From the human T2T-CHM13v2.0 reference genome, Homo sapiens, in NCBI RefSeq assembly GCF_009914755.1, contig NC_060929.1: DNA of 64,000 bases; one strand, 5' to 3'. Below the pieces are notes generated by a model. That model saw only the letters and a list, made by a program, of their open reading frames with translations, had not been told where the DNA came from and ran no database searches. The position numbers and the translations under genes are program-made. Below are positions 32,601 through 42,430 of this stretch, one piece after another (the stretch's first letter is position 1; each line of letters opens with the position of its first letter).

Positions 32601-33620
32601 TAAGATATCATTTTTGATGGTGCCCATTGTTAAGCCTCCAGAACCTATACCTTTAGAGTGGTTAACAGATAAGCCAATTTGGATACAACAATGGCTGCTA
32701 AGTAAAGAGAAACTGGAGGCTTTAGAGGAATTAGTTACTGAACAATTAGAAAATGGGCACATGGCTCTAACATTTTCCCCTTGGAATTCTCCAGTTTTCG
32801 TAATTAAGAAAAAATCAGGTAAACGGAGAATGTTAACTGACTTAAGAGCCATCAATTCAGTTATACAACCTATGGGAGCATTACAGCTAGGATTGCCTTC
32901 TCCTGCTATAATTCCAAAAAATTGGCCTTTAGTAGTCATAGATTTAAAAGACTGCTTCTTTACTATACCTTTAGCTGAGCAAGACTGTGAATGGTTTGCA
33001 TTTACAATTCCTGCAGTAAAGAACCTGCAGCCTGCTAAGCATTTTCATTGTTTCACAGATGGGTCTAGTCATGGTAAAGCTTATTATTCTGAATCAAGAG
33101 GTAAAGTTTTCCAGACGCCCTATACTTCAGCTCAAAAAGTGGAGCTTGTAGCTATAATTGAGGTATTGACTGGTTTTAATATGCCTATTAATGTGATTTC
33201 TGATTCTTCATACGTGGTTCATTCCACACAGTTAATTAAAAATGCTCAGTTACAATTTCACACAATGAACAAATGATGACAAAAACAAAAAAGGGGGAGA
33301 AACAAGGATTATGGGACAGCCCATACACAACTGACTTTAAATTTAAATAGCATTATTAACTTTAAATTTTTTTGAGCCTGCCCAAAGGCCAGACGTTATC
33401 AGCAGCTGAACAGCATCTACAGAAACCAGCTGCAAAGACAGAAGCAGAACAGGCTGGTTTGCTGGAGAGATCCAATAACAAAAAGTTTGGAAATAGGTAA
33501 AATAATAACTTGGGGTAGAGGTTGTGCTTTTATTTCTCCAGGCCAAAATCAACAGCCAATTTGGATACCATCAAGACACCTGAAAACTTATCATGAGCCA
33601 GATGCCAAGGAAGAGATTCC
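32600..33620 (+). pseudogene. HML-3 pol remnant (RT N-terminus fused to RNase H; integrase C-terminal fragment)
   Basis: [16 protein letters not shown]; [12 protein letters not shown]; FTDGSS; SDSSYVV; ITWGRG...WIPSRHLK. Confidence 0.88.
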
Positions 33621-34700
33621 AGGAGGATCCCGAGGACCCCCTGGTTGCAACCATGTCAAGGCTGATGCTGAGGAGGACCCCATCTGTCATGAACAACACC
33701 CATTCAACACAGCCATCCACCTGGGGACAGATCAAGAAGCTGTCACAGATGGCGAAAGAAAACCTGAGGAAAGCAGGACAACCAGTCACAATGAGTAATT
33801 TAATGGTAGCTATGATAGCAGTTATCACTACTGCCATGAGTATTCCTTCAATAAGGGCTGACACAGAGAACAATTATACTTATCAGGCATATTTAGCAAT
33901 CTTGGCTAGCAATAATGCCTAGATGTTATCACTCTATGACGCAGTTACATATGCTTTCTTATCTCAGTATTTACCATAATAAATCTGCTCCTATAATTGA
34001 GGCATACCGCCCTCAAAAACTTATTTGTAAACAAAATTAAACCTGGACAGGAAAAATGAACGTACTTGTTTCGGAAGATTGCACTGCAGAACAGGCAGAG
34101 GTGCTGCACAATGATTCCTATGGAATCATTATTAACTGGTCCCCTAAGGGGATGTTTAGCTTGAATTGCACTGCTCAGCGTGTGTGCCATGGCCATACTA
34201 TGTTCAGATGGTCTGAACAAAAAGGTCAGATGGTAGAAATGATAAGAAGTACGGCAAGAATTTCTATTATCTGGAACCATGGCGGTATAGTGGCACCTCA
34301 ACCTCAAATGATATGGCCTGCTGTAGGAGCTAAATATAAGGATTTGTGGAAACTATTAATAGCTCTTAACAAGATCAAAGTTTGGGAAAGAATAAAAAAG
34401 CATCTAGAAGGACACTCTACAAACTTGTTTTTGGATATTACAAAATTAAAAGAACAAATACTTAAAGCATCCCAGGCACACCTAACCTTAACGCCAGGAA
34501 CTGGAGTGCTTGAAGGAACTGCAGACAGATTAGTAGCTAGTAACTGAGTAAAATGGATAAAAACACTTGGAAGCTCTGTGATTTCAATGATGATTGTGCT
34601 TTTAATCTGTGTTGTTTGTCTTTGTATAGTCTGCAGATGCAGATCCTGACTCCTGTGAGAAATAGCTCACCGTGACAAAGTTGCTCTTGCTTTTATCACT
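33620..34700 (+). pseudogene. HML-3 env remnant
   Basis: STWGQIKKLSQ signal-peptide-like stretch; WERIKKHLEGHSTNLFLDITKLKEQI TM-like stretch; hydrophobic VLLICVVCLCIVCR; stops and deletions. Confidence 0.8.
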
Positions 34701-36949
34701 TTGCAAATCAAAGGAGGGGGACATGTTGGGAACAGGCCCCCCCAAGATCTGGCCATAAACTGGCCCCAAAACTGGCCATAAATAAAATCTCTGCAGCACT
34801 GTGACATGTTCATGATGGCCATAACGACTACGCTGGAAGGTTGTGGGTTTACCGGAATGAGGGCAAGGAACACCTGGCCTACCCAGGGCAGAAAACCACT
34901 TAAAGGCGTTCTTAAACCACAAACAACAGCATGAGTGATCTGTGCCTTAAGGATATGTTCCTGCTGCAGATAACTAGCCCAACACATCCCTTTATTTCAG
35001 CCCATCCCTTGGTTTCCCATAAGGGATACTTTCAGTTAATCTAATATCTGTAGAACAATGCTAATGACTGGCCTGTTGTTAATAAATATGTGGGTAAATC
35101 TCTGTTTGGGGCTGTCACCTCTGAAGGCTGTGAGACCCCTGATTTCCCACCTCACACCTCTATATTTCTGTTGTGTGTCTTTAATTCCTCTAGCGCCACT
35201 GTGTTTGGGTCTCTCTAACCGAGCTGGTCTCTGCAGTCGGTCACAAAGTGATCTTTTCCAGGTGTTCCATCAGCTCTCAAGCTTCCCCTTATATGGAGGA
35301 AAAAGCTCCCCATGTCCCATGATCCTTTACATACCCTGTCACCCACAGCCATCAGCCAAGAGGGCAAGGCAGAATAATCCAAAGAGAATAGCAGTTAATA
35401 TCCCATAGTGCAAAACCTATTCTTAGCTGAGAGAGACTTTACTGAGAGGGGCCTCTAACCCCCTAAATCTTAGGATTCCTAAGTTGGCCTCGAACCCAAG
35501 TTCAGTCAAGCATCCTTGCCTTTTACTGAGAGGAGGCTTTAACCCTCTCTGTCTTAGGAAAGACTCTAACTCTACTAATTTGGGCCTGTAACCCAATCCC
35601 ATCCTTTACCTGGGTACCCCACCATGTACACAAGTTGGGCAATCTGTGCTGCAGTCTATTTCCTTCCTTCAGGTCAGGGAGTTTCTTCAGTATCATCCCT
35701 TCAGGGTTTGCCAGAAAGGTATTACAAAACCCCACCACTTAGCCAAATTTAGCCTTTTGGTTGGGGTTTTCCTTAGGATCATTGCTTTGTAGTCACCAGG
35801 AAGATGTTACTGGAAAGGGGTCCTGACCTAGACCCCAAGAGAAGGTTCTTGGATCTTGCACAAGAAAGAATTCAGGGCGAGTCTGCAGTGCAAAAGAAAA
35901 GCAAGTTTAATAAGAAAGTAAAGTGGTGAAAGAACACTGGAGTAGGGAATCCTGAAAGTAAGAGGAGGAATGCGTCCACCCTAGGTACAATACTTGTTTA
36001 CCTACAGAATATAAAAAGATCATGGGGAGATGAGCTCTGCTACAGGGTTTGTGATAAAGGATTAATTTTCTTAATTACTATATTTTGCAAGAATCAATAT
36101 TATTATCCTTAAAGCAAAATTAGGAATGCTTCTGTTCTCAAGATAGTGGGATATCAGGACGCTCCTAAGTCTGGGTCTGTTTAGTCTGTTTATCAAGCTG
36201 TTCCCTTAGCTGTAAACACCTAGAGTCTAGGAATACCTAACTTTCTGGGAATGCAGCCCAGCAAGATCCAGCCTCATTTTCCTAGCCCTCACTCAAGATG
36301 GAGTCATGCTGGTTCAAACACCTCTGACACTCTGGTCACTTTGGGCATATTTCATCATGACCTCCTGAAACTGTTTCACAGGCATGCATCCTCAACCTTG
36401 GCAAAATAAACTTTCTAAATTAACTGAGACCTGTCTCAGATATTCAGGGTTCACAAAGAGAAAAACAAACAAGTTTTTTTAAACATATATATTGCAGATA
36501 TATGTGAGAGAAAACCTAGAGAAATGAGTCCATTTCTAGAGTAGGTCACAAATAAAGGGTTTAAACGTCATGCTCAAATTTCATTTGCTAAAACAAAGAA
36601 AGAAGGGTGTGGGGAAAATCCACAAAAACCCATCTATGGACAGATGGCCAGGAAAAGCACAAGGGTAAGATATGTTTTGCAGATTTAAGTCTAATCCTTC
36701 TCCATTTATTCATTCCTCTCTTCCTGTTGCAGAGAAAGGGAGACATTCTCATAAGTGTAATTTCCTTTATAGATATAAATTTCTCTTACAAAAGGGTAAC
36801 TTTTCAAAGTTAGTCCTGTGCCTGCAGTTTCTCAAAATAACTAGCTCAAAATAATCAATGTTCCAAAGAGGCATATTTTGGGGTCATATTCTGGCCTCCT
36901 GCAGTCATATTTTGGGGTAGTGTATCCTGAGCCCCAGTAGCATAATGTA

Positions 36950-39480
36950 GAGCAAACACAAAGTACCTCTGCTTCCACTGCCCAGATGTGCTTATCAATT
37001 TCTTCTCAAACATGTTATATCAACATAATTTATTATTGAAGAATGTAGTTTAGCCAAAATAACCTAAAATGATAAAGAATGAGTATAAAAAGAAAGAAAA
37101 GCAAGCTTTAAAATTATGTAAACTAAGCTTTAAAAAATCTGAGAAGTGTGGGTCATCCCAAAACAATTACTGTTGAATTAGATGGGTCTGAGATTGTGGT
37201 GAAATATGGGAGCAGGAGGAGAGAAATGAATAACAGTCTAGAAAAAAGTCTGTATTCATATTATTTTGTGCTGCCAAGTCTGTCCTGCAGACTCTGGCTG
37301 AGCGATGGATGAAAGAAGTACGCTGACACAGGTATTTTGCCTGAGAGCACAGCTAGGGGACTGCACCCCTCTGCACCACTGACAAGAGTGCAGTGCAGCC
37401 GCTGAGAGACTGCAGCCCCAATAAGCTAGCCCTGCTCGCATTTATTTAGTACAGATTTAATGACAAAGGCTTGGAGCAAAAACAATTTGTGGATAATAAC
37501 CATTGTCAACTCCCCCACCCCCCCAAGTAGAGAGCAGTCCTGCATGCAAATGATCAAAGGTTGGTTTCTGGAGACAGGAGGAAACAAATTTATCTAGATA
37601 AGTCCCTTTACATTCCCTTATTATTTACCCTTTGCTCTCAGGCTCTGGATAAGAGAACTTGGCTGTCTTCAGGCAAATTTACTTTTGAAGCTTTTGCAAA
37701 ACCTCCTGGCCTTCCAAGAAGGTTTGTGTCTTTCCCTGTAACTTTTATACCTTTTCCCACCACACTGACTGATTTCCTACAGTTTTGTAAATGTAGCTCT
37801 AGTTTTACATTAAGTAAACTAAAAATGGAAATCATAGATGGTAAATTATGCGAGTGGCTTATTAAAAAAAAAACATGGGGATCTTAATTAGGAGACCATA
37901 TTTGTAGAGGAGGGCTTGGTACTACATCAAAAACTGGCAGTAGTTCCTATAATTTTCATTTATTATTTAAGATAATTTTAATTTATTTATGTAACTACCT
38001 TTAAGACCAAGAGCCATTACAAATTCCAATCGTTGGTGAGAAAGGTATTTATGTTCTAGAGACATCTGTATTTCAACAGGAATTTCTGGAGACAGAAAAG
38101 TAAGGACTTTTCTCACAGAAGAATTTTAAAACTAGGGAAAACGGATGGGACCATTTTAGGTCTGGAGCTTTTCGACACACTGAAACACACTGAACACACA
38201 TTCACAGAGTTGCGAATCTGAATGCTTTCCTCTAGAAGATATTCAATGTGACAACGAGAGAGTGATCATTCCTTGTGAGTGGCCAGCTCTGTTTATCTCA
38301 CAGAGTCCTGGCAAATGCCTGTTTTCTCTCTGAGAGAGTACAGAGTTGTGATCAGTGCAGTGGATCCCAGCAACCAGAGGTCGGGCCAGATGTTTGAAAG
38401 ACAGCTTATTTTATCAAAAAGACATGGTTTCTCTTGATTTCCTTCTGGATTAAGTCTACTTAACTGAATACAATACAAGCTAGAAATGTTTCAAAATGCC
38501 AAATTGCTATTAAAATGAATTCAAGTGGAATATTCATAAGAATATATGCTCTTTAATTAATGTCAAATTGGCTGAATATTTCCTATCCCAAATTTTTCTA
38601 CCCCTTTCTAGTATCTCTAACTGAATTATGATATGCATGAATAAATAAATGGCAGAGAAAAAAAGGACCAAACTTTTTCTAATCTTTTATTTCTCAAAGA
38701 TTCAATTCTCTGTATTTCCCACCATTATCTGCTTCACAGCAGAATATCTAAATATCTATGCTTCTTGTTAAAAGTAATAGGAAGATTAATGTGCACTCGA
38801 AGACAACACAGCCTACAAGGCTCTTTCAAATGTTCAGCTCAATTAACACTTGAAATTCTACTAGACAAGTAAAAAATGTGCATGGGAGGAAAGACAAGTA
38901 GGTAGAATATTAGTTACACTAGAAAATCACTTGACAATTGAAATATTACACTTGGAGAAAAGGAATCAACCCAAATTGAGAAACAGGAGATTTTAGGTGT
39001 TATTTCTTAAGCTTCCTTTAGAATAGGGCAAAAAAGTAATACAATATAGCAAATAAAATTGGTCAATATGTGAGTGTCATTAATACAGATTGCCTTTAAA
39101 GTGGAAGAGAGTTGTGAATCTGAATGCTCTCCATTAGACAATATTCAGTGTGACATCAATGACTTTATCCTGAATTGTACATTGACAAAGTGGGACATGG
39201 TTTAGGTTATAAAAGTGCAAAAAGTAGATGGAAGCTAAAAGAAGGATATGATTCTTCTGACACAAGTTCCAACATCATTGTGCTGCTGGTCAGAGGCAAT
39301 GTACTTGTGGTAGCCAGAACTAAAAGGACAGTTGGAAGAAGCATTTTATCTATATACCCAAAACATATACCGAGGCAAAATTTGAGACCAATATTTACTA
39401 AAAATCAGCATGCAGTTGATGTTGAACCATACGAAATCAAGTAAAATGATATATAGCCATACTGAGCCTATACATTAATT
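36950..39480 (+). mobile_element. Probable ancient pogo/Tigger-family DNA transposon with decayed transposase, interrupted by the LTR22 element
   Basis: Manual translation gives collinear degenerate motifs: KLKMEIIDGKLCEWL (CENP-B HTH-like), IVGEK, TDGTIL (DETGL-like), NERVIIPC, LYFPP, AWEE; many stops and frameshifts. Confidence 0.45.
37269..37781 (-). mobile_element. LTR22 (HERV-K HML-5) solo LTR
   Basis: Minus strand begins tgtaggaaatcagtcagtgtggtgggaaaa; TSD attttg / gttttg. Confidence 0.8.
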
Positions 39481-39532
39481 TTAGAGTTATTAATGCCTGA
39501 AACATCAAATGTATACATAGTCACATACAAAC

Positions 39533-40042
39533 TGAGATAGGAGTTTGTTAGGACTTGTTTCTCAAGAAGAGGTCACAAAGACGACACTGATATAACAGGA
39601 TGTGGTAAAGAAACTGGCAGAAACCAGCCAGAATCAAGATGGGGATGAAAGCAATGTCTAGCTGTCCTCCCTGCTCATTATACGCCTAGCATGCTAACAG
39701 AAACACCCAAAAGTGCCATGACAGTTTACAGATGCTATGGCAATTCCCAGAAATTACACTAGATAATCTAAAAAGGGCAGGAACCCTTGGTTCTGGGAAC
39801 TCCCTACTCCTTTCCTGAAAAACTCGTAATTGACCCCTTGTTTAGCATATTATCAAAAATAACCATAAAAATAGCCAACCAGCAGTCCTTAGGGTGACTC
39901 TGCTATGGGGTAGCCACCATTTTATTCCTTCACATTTTAATAGACTTGCTTTCACTTCACTCTTGAATTCTTTCCTGCTCTAACCCAAGAACCCACATGG
40001 CCTCCCAAGCTGAATTCCAATTTTGGGGTTTATCCTGTGAGA
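39533..40042 (+). mobile_element. MER41-family (E/G-like) solo LTR
   Basis: tgagatagg start; ctcattatac...agcatgcta...gccatgacagtttaca core shared with MER41. Confidence 0.72.
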
Positions 40043-40487
40043 AGCTGACCTCCTCTTGCCAATTCAAAGTCAAATCTAAATCTATTTAGACCTGCATCTA
40101 CTATATACCTCCAATCGTGTAATAATTGGAATGTTTCTCTTAAATTTTATCATGCATAATCCAGTTGCACTATTCTTTTGTGAACTCTAGCACATTTAAA
40201 AAAATTTAAGAACGACTGATGCAGATGGAATAAATAAAAATCTATTTTTTTTAAGTGAACGATCTTCTGTAGCAAAACAGGAAACTAGAATTATGACTCT
40301 GAATTCATAAAACTTTTGTGCAGCAAAAGACTCCAAAAACAAGTAAAAAGATACATTATAGATTACACAAAATATCTGCAACCTTTGTGACATATGTAAG
40401 GTTAACAAAACTAATATTAACAATAGACAAAGAACTTCAAGGAAAAAGGCCCCAAAATAAAAGCGAATGCCAACAAATACATTAAAA

Positions 40488-40836
40488 TAAGAGTCCTCAA
40501 ACCCCAGGCCACAGACTGGTAGCAGTCTGTGACCTGTTAGGAACCAGTCTGCACAGCAGGAGGTGACTGGTGGGTAAGCAAGCATTATTGCCTGAGCTCT
40601 GCCTCCTGACCCTTGTCAGTTCAGCCAAGGCATTAGATTCTCATAGGAGTGTGAACCTTATTGTGAATTGTGCATGTGAGGGATCTAGGTTGCACACTCC
40701 TTATGAGAATCTAATGCCTGATGATCTGAGCTGGAACAGTTTCAACACAAAACCATCCGCAACCCCCACCTCAGTCCGTGGAAAAACTGTCTTCCATAAA
40801 ACTGGTCCCTGGTGCCAAAAAGGTTGAGGACTGCTG
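40488..40836. mobile_element. MER1B hAT-Charlie DNA transposon
   Basis: MER1B-like body; perfect 8-bp TSD CATTAAAA at 40480-40487 and 40837-40844. Confidence 0.9.
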
Positions 40837-41104
40837 CATTAAAAGATACTCAATCTCACTTGTAGTCTGATAAATAAAAGTTAAAACAATTATCCAATAT
40901 ATTAAGTTAGGCTGAAATTATATAAGATTTTTTTTAAAACTGCCAATAGTATTGGTGAGAATGTAAGAAAATGTGCACTTTATGTAGTGTAGTAGGAATA
41001 TAAGTTGTTGGTAATATGTCTACAAATAAGGGTACATAACCTACATCACAAACGTTCCACTGCTGAGAGCTCAGCCCACAAAATAAAAGCATCAGCACTT
41101 AGCA

Positions 41105-41401
<297 letters not shown>

Positions 41402-42171
41402 TAAAAATGTTTTTTATAGCATTAACTGTATTGTTAAATAAATAAATGAATAAAAAAGGTAACATAATTAACGTGAATGTCCATCTAGAAAAATGTCTAA
41501 ATACCTGGAGGCATTTTGATATGCAGCTATCAAAAGAAGTGTTAGATTTTTATCTATTGACCTGGAAGACTATCTGCAATATGTATGAGATTCTGTTATG
41601 ATTTAAAACAAATTCTCTCCAAACAACAACCAAAAAAATAAGTGTTTGGCATCCACGTAAAATATCAATAGCTTTATGAGCTTTGTGGGAAGCACTGACC
41701 ATGTCTGTCCGCTACTCTGAAGCCAAGAGTAAGGGGGAAAGACTGAAGAAAAACAGAACTGTAACAGAGCAATGAACCTGAATTCTTGATTTTTTTTCTC
41801 CACACAAAACGAAAGTCTAGAAACAAGCACCAAGTCTAAAGAATGGCTTAAAGAAGACATAAGTATTTCAGATACACCCATCTTTCTGCTTCACCATTCT
41901 GAATGGAGTGTTTGTCCTGATGGCTTATGGTGTCTTGCATTTGTGTTCCAGAAAGAAAGGTAAAAGGGTGAGGGGCAAACAGCCTCCACTTGTGAGGTTT
42001 GTCATTTTATTCAGAACAGAGCGCCCTCTCCAGGGACTCAGTAAGACAAAAGGTGGGGAAACGGGTGATTTGATTGCTCAACTATTTGTATTGTTATAAA
42101 ATGACAATACATGCCAGTGGGTAATCAATGCCCATACTAGAAATAAAAAAATATGACTCAAAATTTACAAT

Positions 42172-42430
42172 AGGAAGGGTGCAGTGGCTCTTGACTAACT
42201 CCAGGGCTTTGAGAGGTCGAGGTGGAAGGATCACTTGAGGCCAGGAGTTCAAGACCAGTCTGAGCGATGTAATGAGATCTACCCATGCAAAAAATAAATA
42301 ATTAGCCAGGCATGATGGTTTGTGCCTATAGTTCTAGCTACTTAGGAAGCTGAGCTGGGAGGATTGCTTGAGCCCAGGAGTTCAAGGCTGCAGTGAGCTA
42401 TGATTGCACCACTGCACTCCAGCCTGGGCA
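42172..42430 (+). mobile_element. Alu (AluJ-like), 3'-truncated
   Basis: ggatcacttgaggccaggagttcaag and ggattgcttgagcccaggagttcaaggctgcagtgagcta. Confidence 0.9.

Larger units (their letters stand above)
30284..35235 (+). mobile_element. HERV-K(HML-3)/HERVK9 provirus with MER9 LTRs (30284-30795; 34724-35235), internally deleted, about 4.95 kb
   Basis: Paired 512-bp TG...CA LTRs; degenerate PBS after 30795; donor-like tg|gtaagt near 30909; PPT aaaggaggggg before 34724; degenerate 6-bp TSD ctcagt / gtcggt; gag, pro, pol and env remnants. Confidence 0.9.
26838..36329 (-). mobile_element. MER41-family provirus: 5' LTR about 35806-36329, internal region, 3' LTR 26838-27374
   Basis: Two homologous MER41(C/D)-like LTRs; polypurine tract (rc of tatttccccccctccc) next to 27374; TSD CTCT at 26834-26837 and 36330-36333; no long internal ORFs. 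Confidence 0.87.
26514..36455 (+). mobile_element. MER4A-like solo LTR split into 26514-26837 and 36330-36455
   Basis: tgtgaaaggaaaa...gggaaaagtcaagctgggaactgc start and ...cagggttcaca end; TSD AAGA at 26510-26513 and 36456-36459. Confidence 0.8.
26431..36939 (-). mobile_element. MER34/MER39-like ERV1 LTR split into 26431-26513 and 36456-36939
   Basis: gtaacaaaagacagattaacaaga|gaaaaacaaacaag rejoins across the insertion; ends with aggcatattttgggg...cctgagcccc. Confidence 0.65.

Noticed and set aside
30233-35408. Duplicated similar ORFs near 30233-30895 and 34602-35408
   Set aside because: Consequence of the paired MER9 LTRs; non-coding.
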